Origin: Chloroflexota bacterium
GTDB taxonomy: Bacteria; Chloroflexota; UBA6077; SHYK01
Reading direction: 5' to 3'
DNA length: 62,095 nucleotides
NCBI GenBank assembly: GCA_009377635.1
Contig: WHTR01000003.1
Coordinates: 1 to 62,095, forward strand
A program made the position numbers and the translations under genes. The notes below the pieces were generated by a model. That model made no database searches. It was not told where the DNA came from and saw nothing but the letters and a program-made list of their open reading frames with translations. Below are positions 1 through 8,607 of the stretch, one piece after another (the stretch's first letter is position 1; each line of letters opens with the position of its first letter).

Positions 1-3
1 TTT

Positions 4-279
4 ATGATGCCAGTGATCATCTTGGGCTTTGGCTTGGGTTTTGTCCTGTTCGGTATCGCGATAATGCGCGCAGGTGTGTTACCCCGCTGGTCGGGTTTAT
101 TGTTGATCGTTGGAGTATCGCTATTTCTGATCTCGGAATCGCCACTGTTTGATCTTACGCTATCGCATGTGATCGTGACTATCGGTGATGTGCTATTTGG
201 CGTCGGCTTGGCGTGGATAGGTTACGCGCTCTGGTCGGAAAACCGCGAAGTTGCCCTCACAGCAAAGGGTACGGACTAA
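4..279 (+). CDS. Hydrophobic membrane protein, probably the 3' part (frame open to window edge); gene-cassette-like
   Basis: Three hydrophobic stretches; visibly more AT-rich than the flanks; its stop codon lies inside an attC-like site. Confidence 0.55.
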   Translation: MMPVIILGFGLGFVLFGIAIMRAGVLPRWSGLLLIVGVSLFLISESPLFDLTLSHVIVTIGDVLFGVGLAWIGYALWSENREVALTAKGTD

Positions 280-343
280 TACGCGGTCCCAGCCGACGTT
301 GCTCCGCTGTGCTTCGCAACGCCGCTGAACCGCACCGTTGACA
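274..343 (+). mobile_element. attC-like integron cassette recombination site (solo)
   Basis: GACTAAT-ACGCGGT-CCCAGCCGAC-GTTGC-loop-GCAAC-GCCGCTGA-ACCGCACC-GTTGACA: imperfect hairpin with R''/L''/L'/R' layout and an unpaired C in the L'' box. Confidence 0.6.
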
Positions 344-430
344 CCCTGCGGCGCGCCGGGTAGACTTGCGCCATCGGCTCCCGAGAATGCCGGCCCCACG
401 CGTTCGGAGCCGACGAGAGGAGGACGAACG

Positions 431-1384
431 ATGGCTCAGATCGTCCTGGGCATGGGCACGTCCCACGGCCCGCAGCTCAACATTCCCCCGTCCGAGTGGC
501 ATCTCCTTACTGCGAAGGATCAGACCGACGCGCGCATCGATTACCAGGCATTGCTGAAGGTCGCCCCGCCCGACCTGGTGAACGAGAACACACCCGAGAA
601 GTGGCAGGAACGCTACGACGCGTGCCACGTCGCGCTCCAGCGCCTCGAGGAGAAGCTGCGCGCCGCGAAGCCCGACGCCATCGTCGTCATCGGCGATGAC
701 CAGCACGAGCAGTTCCTCGACGACAACATGCCGATGTTCGCCATCTGCTACGGCGACTCCTTCCGCATCGCCAGGCGCGAGCGGCCCAGCGCCGCGGCCT
801 GGCAGCAGGCGGAGGCCGGTTGGCCGGCGCAGCCGATGGACGTCCCTGCCGCGCCAGAGCTGGCGGGCCAACTCATCGGCTCCCTCAGAGATCAGGATTT
901 CGACGTCGCCACGTCCAACGCGCTGAAGCCCTCCGTTGGCCTGGGCCACGCCTTCACGTTCCTGTACCGGTACATCCATCCCGAGGGCACGATCCCGATG
1001 CTGCCCGTGATGGTCAACACGTTCTTCCCGCCGAACCCACCGACGCCCCGGCGCTGCTACGCCCTGGGTCGGGCGCTGCGCTCGGCCATCGAGAGCTGGG
1101 ACCGAGACCTGCGCGTGGCCGTGGTTGCCTCCGGCGGGCTGAGCCACACGATCATCGAGGAGGACCTAGACCACCTGCTGCTCGACGCGCTGGCCGAGAA
1201 GGACACTGATGCGCTCTGCACCCTCCCGATGGAGCGCCTCGTGCGTGGCACGTCGGAGATCCGCAACTGGGTGGCGCTGGCAGGCGCGGTGGAGCCCTTC
1301 GACATGACCCTCGTGGACTACGTTCCCTGCTACCGGTCGCCGGCCAGCACCGGCTGTGCCATGGCTTTCGCCTACTGGGAATAG
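431..1384 (+). CDS. LigB-superfamily (class III) extradiol ring-cleavage dioxygenase, DesZ/3-O-methylgallate dioxygenase-like
   Basis: GTSHGP, IGDDQHE, GHAF, NTFFPPN-PTPRRCY, ASGGLSH, GTSEIRNW, DYVPCYRS; AGGAGG upstream of ATG 431. Confidence 0.85.
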   Translation: MAQIVLGMGTSHGPQLNIPPSEWHLLTAKDQTDARIDYQALLKVAPPDLVNENTPEKWQERYDACHVALQRLEEKLRAAKPDAIVVIGDDQHEQFLDDNMPMFAICYGDSFRIARRERPSAAAWQQAEAGWPAQPMDVPAAPELAGQLIGSLRDQDFDVATSNALKPSVGLGHAFTFLYRYIHPEGTIPMLPVMVNTFFPPNPPTPRRCYALGRALRSAIESWDRDLRVAVVASGGLSHTIIEEDLDHLLLDALAEKDTDALCTLPMERLVRGTSEIRNWVALAGAVEPFDMTLVDYVPCYRSPASTGCAMAFAYWE

Positions 1385-1725
1385 TTCGCTGAATTCAGCG
1401 CTCCACGATCGAGCCGACGCGTCAACTGCTGAAGGCGAAACCTCCGCGCGCTCGAGCCTGCGGGGGAGGCGTGCCCCGACATCCGTCTGACACGGACGCG
1501 AAACGTTTGGCGCGTGTGACCAGCGAAAGAACGTTCGGACTGAGGCGATAAGATGACAATACTTCGAGCACGAGTTCGAGGAGAACGGCTACCCGCCGCC
1601 CGCTGATCGCGCCGGCAGTCGGCCGTGGAGCCGGCGTCGCTGTCGCGAGGCAGACTCGACCCAGGCTTCGTTAGCAAAGCCGCAGACCGAGACGTGGGCG
1701 GGTACGCGAGCGGATCACCGGAGTA

Positions 1726-1958
1726 CTAATGGTTCGCCTGCGCCGCTGCTTCCAGGATTGCCTTGGCAATCGCGGGGTAGCATCCGCAGCGGCACGTGTT
1801 GCCGGTACGCCACTCGGCGATCTCTTTGGGTCCTGGAATACCTCGTCCGCTACCCACTGACTGACGTCCCGGAGCACCTGCCGATCGGCTTCGTGAGTGG
1901 CTGCCGCCGGAGCATGCACGAGTCGCTGGTGGGCGTAGGCGAACGTCTCGATGGCCAT
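1726..1958 (-). pseudogene. Remnant ending in the C-terminus of a CoxS/YagT-type 2Fe-2S small subunit
   Basis: Minus frame 1833-1726 reads KEIAEWRTGNTCRCGCYPAIAKAILEAAAQANH*; the upstream RBS and ATG (1958) are out of frame with it; the N-terminal Cys cluster is absent. Confidence 0.55.
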
Positions 1959-2001
1959 CACTCGCCTCCTACCGCAACTCGTCCTCGCGTATATGTCGGG
2001 A

Positions 2002-4248
2002 TCACCTCGCGGCTCGCTCTTGGAGCGCTCGGTAGACCTTCTCCGCTGAAATGGGTGTCTCGGTAATGCGGACGCCAACTGCGTCGAAGACCGCGTTGGC
2101 GATGGCCCCGGGCGGTGGAATATTGGCCAGCTCACCGATGGCCTTGCCCTCGTAGGGAGTGGGGCCGGTCGCGCCGGGCACCAGCACCGTGATCAGCTTG
2201 GGGACGTCCTGCGTGGTCGGCATCTTGTATTCGCCGAGGTGGGGATTGGCGACTCGCCCATCTTCGATCACCAGCTCCTCCATCATGGCGAACCCCATCC
2301 CGTACACGAACCCGCCGTCGATCTGGCCCTGGTGGTAGAGGGGGTTGAGAATCGTCCCCACGTCGTGCGCGGTGACGACCTTATGCAGGGTGACGTTGCC
2401 TGTCTCGGGATCGACTTGGACTTCCGCAATCTGGGCGCTGCACGCTGCCAGCCCATGCCGCTCGGGACCATGGAAGTCGACGTGCCATCTCCGTTCGCCG
2501 CCGTGCCCACGGCCGGCCAGAGCTGCGACCTCGCCGAACGACGCCCGCCGTGCCCCTGCCGCGAATCCACTCGGATCGAGGCTCACCTGCTCGGGGGCCG
2601 CGTCCAGCAGGTCCGCAGCGGTCTCGGTCAGAGCGTCGCGCGCTTCCTGAGCCGCTTTCCATACGGCCTGCCCGTGGACGTAGCTCACCCGCTGGTTTCC
2701 CACGCCCGAGTCCTCACCGCCGGCATCCGTGTCATTTACAATGATCCGCACCCGATCGAGCGGCAGCTTCAGCTCCTCGGCGACTATCTGCTGGAAGACC
2801 GTGTGGTTGCCCGTGCCGGTGTCCGGCGCGGCCGTCTCGACGGTGGCGGTGCCGTCGCGGTCGATGGCCAAGGTCATACTCGCGTTGCCGGCACCCAGGT
2901 GGTGGTCGTGGATTGCCACTCCCCGGCCGATGTTGGGTCCTGGCTTGGGGCTGCCCCAGCCCGCGGCTTCGGCCGCGGCCTTCAGGGTCTCCTTGGCGTG
3001 CAGGTCCTGCATCTGGTGGCCTATGGCGGATACCTCCCCGCTCTCCATCAGGTTCTGCAGGCGGAAATGTACGGGATCGATCCCGAGCTCACGCGCCACG
3101 ATGTCCATCATGGACTCGACGGCGAATCCCGCCTGGAGGAAGCCGGGGCCGCGGTTGTGCCCGCGCGGCGTGCAATTGGAATAAACACCGATGTTCTCGA
3201 GCAGGACGTGGGAAATTCGGTACACGCCTCCGGCCCAGAGCCCGCCGCCGACGAGGCCGGCCGGCAGAAACGCCTGGTAGGCGCCGGTGTTCCAGACGCT
3301 GCGCACGTGATAGGCCCAGAGGCGACCATCGGCCTTTACGCCAACCCGGACGGTGATGACGCCCGGGTTGCGCGGATTAGCCGCGGTCAGCTCTTCCGTG
3401 TAGCTCATCACCAGCTTGACGGGCCGGCCTGACGCCTTCGCCAGGTGGTAGGCGACCGGGGCATCCATAACGGAGCCCTTGCCGCCGAAATCCGCGCCGA
3501 TATGCGACACGTGGGCCGTGATCCGTTCGCGCGGCAGGTCGAGGACATTCGCCAGGTCGTTGCGGGCCATCACCGGGTTTTTGTTGGAGAGCCAGAAGTG
3601 CGCGTGCCCGTCCTCGGCGACGTGCGCGATGGCCACGTGCGGCTCGAGGTAGCCCTGGTGATTCGACTGGGTTCGAAATGTCTGCTCGAAGATGCGATCC
3701 GACGTGCGAAAGCCTTCGGCGATATCGCCCTTCGTCTGCGTGGCAAACGAGTAAATGTTCGGCAGCCGCGGAACCGGTTCCTGGTGGTTGAAGTATCCGG
3801 CGGTGCTCTCGTGCACCCGAGGGGCATCCGGTTTCATGGCATCGAGGGGATCAAACACCGCCGGCAGCGCTTCGTACTCCACCTCGATGCGGTTGATCGC
3901 CTCTTCGGCAATCTCGGGGGTCTCAGCCGCCACCGCGGCCATCCGCTCCCCCACGAAACGGACTTTGTCCCGCGCCAGAACCGGCATATCCCTCATGCGA
4001 CGACCGAAAAGCGTCTCTGGCAGATCCTGCGCTGTGATCACGGCGTGGACGCCCGACAGCGCACAGGCCCGGGCGGTTTCGATCCGCAGAATGCGTGCGT
4101 GGGGGTAGGGGCTGCGCAGAATCCGCCCGTACAGCGTGCCTGGCAATCGTACGTCCGCGGTGTAGGCGGCCCCACCCGTCACTTTTGCCGGCCCGCTGAC
4201 CTGCTCGACCGGCTTACCGATCGCCACAAACTCTCGGGTCCCCATCAT
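2002..4248 (-). CDS. Xanthine dehydrogenase/aldehyde oxidoreductase family molybdopterin-binding large subunit
   Basis: KVTGGAAYTAD, ILRSPYPHARI, IGADFGGK, NRGPG, GQIDGGFVYGMG, GKAIGE; lacks the CoxL AYxCSFR loop. Confidence 0.92.
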   Translation of the reverse strand: MMGTREFVAIGKPVEQVSGPAKVTGGAAYTADVRLPGTLYGRILRSPYPHARILRIETARACALSGVHAVITAQDLPETLFGRRMRDMPVLARDKVRFVGERMAAVAAETPEIAEEAINRIEVEYEALPAVFDPLDAMKPDAPRVHESTAGYFNHQEPVPRLPNIYSFATQTKGDIAEGFRTSDRIFEQTFRTQSNHQGYLEPHVAIAHVAEDGHAHFWLSNKNPVMARNDLANVLDLPRERITAHVSHIGADFGGKGSVMDAPVAYHLAKASGRPVKLVMSYTEELTAANPRNPGVITVRVGVKADGRLWAYHVRSVWNTGAYQAFLPAGLVGGGLWAGGVYRISHVLLENIGVYSNCTPRGHNRGPGFLQAGFAVESMMDIVARELGIDPVHFRLQNLMESGEVSAIGHQMQDLHAKETLKAAAEAAGWGSPKPGPNIGRGVAIHDHHLGAGNASMTLAIDRDGTATVETAAPDTGTGNHTVFQQIVAEELKLPLDRVRIIVNDTDAGGEDSGVGNQRVSYVHGQAVWKAAQEARDALTETAADLLDAAPEQVSLDPSGFAAGARRASFGEVAALAGRGHGGERRWHVDFHGPERHGLAACSAQIAEVQVDPETGNVTLHKVVTAHDVGTILNPLYHQGQIDGGFVYGMGFAMMEELVIEDGRVANPHLGEYKMPTTQDVPKLITVLVPGATGPTPYEGKAIGELANIPPPGAIANAVFDAVGVRITETPISAEKVYRALQERAAR

Positions 4249-4266
4249 CGCACGCCTCCTGGCGCT

Positions 4267-4530
4267 CTACTGGCTGAACGCGATCTCCTCCCGGCGACGG
4301 GCAGACTCCAGGATAGCCCACTGGACTTCTGCCGTGGCCATGCCCCAGCGACCGTCATGAAGCATCGGCTGCCCGTGACGCACCGCGCGGTAGAGCTCCA
4401 TCGCTTCCTCATCCATGAAGACCATTCCTTCGCCCCGTCGCTGCGAGATGGGCACCTCGTGCACCCCCTTAGGGAAGCTGGCTGCTGATCCGGTCTCTTC
4501 AGCCCGTCGCGCCTCAGGCGCTAGCAGCGT
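4267..4530 (-). pseudogene. C-terminal remnant of a Gfo/Idh/MocA (Pht4-like dihydrodiol dehydrogenase) oxidoreductase
   Basis: ELYRAVRHGQPMLHDGRWGMATAEVQWAILESARRREEI; the open frame starts directly after the stop of the upstream gene and has no Rossmann domain. Confidence 0.6.
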
Positions 4531-5142
4531 CTACCGCTCCTGACTGTGGCCCAGCGGCATGCGCAGGATGGTCAAGCCCTCCGTTTGCTCGATATGGCGG
4601 ACGAACCGGTACTTGTTCTCGAGCTCATCGCAGGGGCGCTCAAGGGTGATGGTATGACCCGGCTCGATGCAGGCCCAGACAAAGTGCGGGCCCGGTGTAT
4701 TGAGCGCGTCGCGCACGCAATCCCGAAGATCCTCGATGGTCAGAACGCACCACGAGCTGGCGATGCCAGTGCCTCGCGCCACGGCGGCAAAGTCCAGGTG
4801 TTCAGCGGCGGTGGCGGTCGGCTCGCCGCCGGAGGCCTCGTACGATTTGTTGTCCCAGCAGATGTGAATGAGGTTCGTAGGCTGGTGCAGACCGATCGTC
4901 GCCAGGCTGCCAAGGTTCATCCACAGGGATCCATCGCCATCCATGACGACCACGCGGCGGTGCGGCAACGCCAAGGCAAGCCCCAGTCCGATCGAGGAGC
5001 AGAGGCCCATAGTCTTCACCTGCATGTTGGCATCGCTCGGCCGGACCGAGCTCCACTCGGTGGTGGCGCCGCCATTCGTTGTGACAAACAGCTCGTCAGT
5101 GAACAGTGGCGCGATGGCCTGCATGCACTCGTCGCGCTGCAT
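4531..5142 (-). CDS. ThDP-dependent decarboxylase beta subunit (sulfopyruvate/phosphonopyruvate decarboxylase, ComE-like)
   Basis: MGLCSSIGLGLALA, GDGSLWMNLGSL...DNKSY ThDP-binding motif. Confidence 0.85.
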   Translation of the reverse strand: MQRDECMQAIAPLFTDELFVTTNGGATTEWSSVRPSDANMQVKTMGLCSSIGLGLALALPHRRVVVMDGDGSLWMNLGSLATIGLHQPTNLIHICWDNKSYEASGGEPTATAAEHLDFAAVARGTGIASSWCVLTIEDLRDCVRDALNTPGPHFVWACIEPGHTITLERPCDELENKYRFVRHIEQTEGLTILRMPLGHSQER

Positions 5143-5154
5143 CGTGGACTCCCC

Positions 5155-5649
5155 CTAGAGGACGTCTCTGGTGAGGAGCAGGGCTACCGGCCGCTTAGCA
5201 GCCTGGCAGATGCTCATCGCGTCGGCGATCTGTTTTTTCACGTCAGATGGGTTGCGACCCACCGCGTACTTGATCCCGAGCCCCTGAAGCACCTGCTCGG
5301 TAACCAACCCCAGCATGTGAAATGCGTTGTCGCCCATGTCGCCGGCGTAGTACACGAGTAGAAGAATCGGGATGCCGAATTGGAGGCCTGTTGTGGTGAG
5401 GCCGTTGCAGCTGTTCATCAGCCCGGCGTTCTGCATAAGCAGCGCCGGCCGTTTCCCACCCAGATAGGCACCGGCGCACACGCCGACGCCCTCCTCCTCG
5501 CGCCCCACCGGAACGTGCTGAATGTCCTCGTCGTCGGCGAGCTGGGTGATGAGTTCGAGCAGGTTGATGTCCGGCACGCTCGCCACGAAATTGACGCCGG
5601 CCTCCTTCAGGCCCGACAGAACCCTGCGCGAGCGCTCGATCGTGACCAG
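5155..5649 (-). CDS. ThDP-dependent decarboxylase alpha subunit (ComD-like), probable CTG start
   Basis: GLKEAGVNFVASVPD, REEEGVGVCAGAYLGG, LMQNAG; homology extends upstream of GTG 5586 to a CTG at 5649, 6 nt after AGGAGG; an in-frame TAG lies just upstream. Confidence 0.85.
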   Translation of the reverse strand: MVTIERSRRVLSGLKEAGVNFVASVPDINLLELITQLADDEDIQHVPVGREEEGVGVCAGAYLGGKRPALLMQNAGLMNSCNGLTTTGLQFGIPILLLVYYAGDMGDNAFHMLGLVTEQVLQGLGIKYAVGRNPSDVKKQIADAMSICQAAKRPVALLLTRDVL

Positions 5650-5740
5650 AATCTACCTCCTCTCGCGCAGGCCCTTATGATGTCGGCGGGCGATTCTAGC
5701 GCTCGATTGACGTGGTTCTGGCCGGAGCGAGGTCCGGCCG

Positions 5741-6076
5741 GTGGATGACAACGATGGGAGGGAGTCCGTGAGCGCGGATCCGCGACCCGGAGCTACATAT
5801 TTCATCAACCATTATGCCATCCCCACTGATTGCGACGTGCAGAATGAACATGCTCAGCTTTTGCCGCGCCTGGCCGTGGAGGTCCCGTCCCTCGAGCGCG
5901 GAACGTGGAATTTGCATCCCGACGGCACGATGGAGATGGTCTGGAAGATTCACCCCAATGCCCGCTGGCACGACGCGCAGCCGATAACTGCCGACGACCT
6001 GGTATTCGGCTACGAACTGCATCGAAACCGCAGCTTCCAGCTCTCTGGCCCTCTGTGCCCAACCCTGCGAGGCTGA
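5741..6076 (+). pseudogene. Fragment of a family-5 (peptide/nickel) ABC substrate-binding protein
   Basis: PRLAVEVPSLERGTWNLHPDGTMEMVWKIHPNARWHDAQPITADDLVFGY, matching the intact SBPs in this window; no signal peptide and no C-terminal lobes. Confidence 0.75.
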
Positions 6077-6113
6077 CACCCGGCTTCCACTCCTCGATGC
6101 CGCCGAGGCCCAG

Positions 6114-6695
6114 GTGCCGCGCGGCCTCGCCTACGACTACGTCCTCGGCGGAGACGGGCTCTTCATCGCGGCGCGGAACCGCCACCTGGACGTGCGGATA
6201 CCCGTAGCCCCAGCGGCCGTTCGCGGGCTACCGGCGCTCTACTCCTCGTTCGCGCTCCGGACCGGTCGGCTGCCCCAAGGTATCTGGAAGGACATCGTGG
6301 CGGTGTGCTGCGCCTGGGCGCACACGGAGCGTGAGGTACCGGTAGTGGTCGTCCACGACGGCATAATCTACCGGGCGCTTCGGCACTCGCAGCTGGTCGG
6401 ACGGACAGCCATTCACTACCGACCGATCGAGGGCGTTGTGCTCGAGATGCACTCGCATCACCGCTTCGCCGCCCGATTCAGCCCGACCGACGATGCCGAC
6501 GAGCAGGGGCTTCGCCTTTACGGCGTCGTGGGCCGACTCGGATCGCCCACGCCCGAGGTGGCGCTCAGGGCGGGCGTCTACGGGCACTTCTCGCCGGTTC
6601 CCTGGGAATCGGTCTTCGATGGCGACCGAGGCGCGTTCCAGGATATGTGGACAGAGGGTGAAGGGCAGCAGCTTCTGCTGGCCCCCTCAGTATAG
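6114..6695 (+). CDS. Prokaryotic JAB/MPN metalloprotease, PRTRC system protein A-like
   Basis: YDYVLGGDGLF, EMHSHHRFAARFSPTDDADEQG (HxH...S..D JAMM motif), YGVVGRL...LRAGVYGHF; start uncertain. Confidence 0.75.
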   Translation: MPRGLAYDYVLGGDGLFIAARNRHLDVRIPVAPAAVRGLPALYSSFALRTGRLPQGIWKDIVAVCCAWAHTEREVPVVVVHDGIIYRALRHSQLVGRTAIHYRPIEGVVLEMHSHHRFAARFSPTDDADEQGLRLYGVVGRLGSPTPEVALRAGVYGHFSPVPWESVFDGDRGAFQDMWTEGEGQQLLLAPSV

Positions 6696-6863
6696 CGAGG
6701 TTACGAGCTGCACCAACCAACACCGTGGGGCGAGTTGGGGTGCTGGTCACGTTTCCGCGCAGACCGAGGCCGCGCTTCCTTCCCGACGGGCCAAACCCCG
6801 AGATTCTCCATCCGGGCGTGGGATAATAGGCCACAGTTCTGATCATGCCGAGGTGACAGCATT

Positions 6864-7109
6864 ATGCAGACACAGGAGATCCAGCAAGACTTAGAACGAT
6901 TCCGCAGGGATACCGAATATTTCGATCGGCATCGGCAGGAATTCCTGCAGCAGTACCCCGAGCAGTGGGTTGCGGTCTACCACCAGCAAGTCGTCGGCGC
7001 CGCCAGAGACCCAAAACGGCTGGTCAAACAACTGGAGCGCAAGGGGATCCCGCCAGGCCTGGTCTTCCACGAATACGTCACTGATCAAGAAGACCTGCTT
7101 ATCCTGTGA
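6864..7109 (+). CDS. Small DUF5678-like protein
   Basis: FLQQYPEQWVAVYHQQVVGAARD; its stop overlaps the next start (GTGA). Confidence 0.65.
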   Translation: MQTQEIQQDLERFRRDTEYFDRHRQEFLQQYPEQWVAVYHQQVVGAARDPKRLVKQLERKGIPPGLVFHEYVTDQEDLLIL

Positions 7110-7552
7110 TTCGCGGGTATATCCGCGCCGATAGCACCCGACGCCGCCCCTTCGTGGAGGCGCGGCTTACGATCCCTTCTCAGCGCATTGCCGGCGATGT
7201 CCCTTTCCTCGTTGACACCGGGGCCGATGCCATGCTGCTTGCCCCCACTAACGCCCTCTTCCTCCGCATGGATCTCGACCGTCTGCCCCCTGGGCCACCT
7301 ACGACCGGCGTCGGAGGTATGACCCCAACCGTGCTGGCTGGCGCCACGCTGACCGTTGGCGCGCACACGTTCGATCTCACGCTGCGGATCCTCGCTCCTG
7401 CAACCGCAGCCCAACGCTCGGCCCTAGCACGAATGCCGTCGCTCTTGGGCCGTGACATCCTCTCCCACTTTGCCCTCTTCTTCGAGGAGCGCACCGACCG
7501 CGTCCTGCTCCTGACTCCGGAGGAAGCGAACCTGCTCAATCTGCCACGCTGA
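7106..7552 (+). CDS. Retropepsin-like (clan AA) aspartyl protease
   Basis: FLVDTGAD catalytic motif, TGVGG flap, SLLGRDIL. Confidence 0.8.
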   Translation: MIRGYIRADSTRRRPFVEARLTIPSQRIAGDVPFLVDTGADAMLLAPTNALFLRMDLDRLPPGPPTTGVGGMTPTVLAGATLTVGAHTFDLTLRILAPATAAQRSALARMPSLLGRDILSHFALFFEERTDRVLLLTPEEANLLNLPR

Positions 7553-7860
7553 GCCCGGCAGTGAGTTTGACGCGCTCGTCTGCTTCATGAACTTGGTTGA
7601 CTTCGCCGAGTGGTTGCCCCAACTCCGCCAGCAATTGCTCGAGGCGCGCAACGGTGCAGCGATGGCGTTCCACCTCGCGCGGCCATCCCCAGGCTGCCTG
7701 CAGGAACCAGATGGCGGCCGCTGCCTCCTTATTGAGAGGGATCACGCGCTCTTGTCTGGTCTTGCCGGCCGGGATATGCAAGCGCGGCGTTCCGTCGCGG
7801 TATGCATCAAGACAGTCAAATGCCAGGCGCCGGATCTCGCCAGCGCGCGCCGCTCCCCAG
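7536..7860 (-). pseudogene. Tyrosine recombinase (integrase) internal fragment
   Basis: GAARAGEIRRL (RxxE), LHIPAGKTRQERVIPL; HxxR and Tyr regions absent. Confidence 0.65.
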
Positions 7861-8373
7861 GTCAACTGGCACGTGCCGATCGACGATACGAGCCACTGGC
7901 GGTACATGATCCTGTTCCGACGGAACACCCCCTTTGACGAGAGTGCCCGGCGGCGTTTCCGTAACGGGGTGAACGCCGATTACCGGCAAACCCGCAACCG
8001 GGGTAACCGGTACTTGCAGGATCGGGCGGAGATGAAGCTCGGCACGTACACTGGTATGGGCACCGAATTTTTGACCCACGATACCGCCGCGACCGAGGGT
8101 GAAGGCCTGATTCAGGACCGGACGCAGGAGCACCTCGGGTACACAGATCGCGCAATCGTCGCCATCCGGCAGATGCTGCTCAGGGCAGTCCGCGATATCC
8201 AGGAGGGACACGACCCGCCCCACGTCGTCCGTGATCAAGCCGCGAACCACTTCGCAGACGTCGAGGTGACGCAGGGGCTCGTGCCCCGCGCCGAGAATTG
8301 GCGCGGCTTCTGGAAGCGTGATTTCGCCTCCGTCGGCCGCGCAGGGACCGTTGCCGCCCGCCCGACGACGTAG
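7861..8373 (+). pseudogene. C-terminal fragment of a LigXa/phthalate-dioxygenase-type Rieske oxygenase
   Basis: WHVPIDDTSHW, RYLQDRAEMK, HDTAATEGEGLIQDRTQEHLGYTDRAIVAIRQMLLRAVRD; no Rieske domain. Confidence 0.8.
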
Positions 8374-8607
8374 CGCTTGGAGCTCCAGCACAATGTATGG
8401 AGCATCAACTCCTGACCAATTGCAATCCGTGGCCAACCGTGCCATTATGCCCGTTGTTGACGCTCTCGGCGATCGGAAAGCCGGGGCCACGATGCTTAAA
8501 CGGTATGAGAGACATTCGCGTGAGAGCACGGCACGGGCGCAGATTGGAGCGTAACCGGCATGGGGATGCGACCAATCGAGACCGGATGGTAGTGAAGGGG
8601 GAGAACC

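Noticed and set aside
1387-1400. Perfect 14-bp palindrome CGCTGAATTCAGCG after the dioxygenase stop
   Set aside because: Single occurrence, no loop or U-tract; its function cannot be supported
2002-4248. Aerobic CO dehydrogenase (coxL)
   Set aside because: The active-site loop is HNRGPG, not AYxCSFR/AYRGAGR, and there are no cox accessory genes
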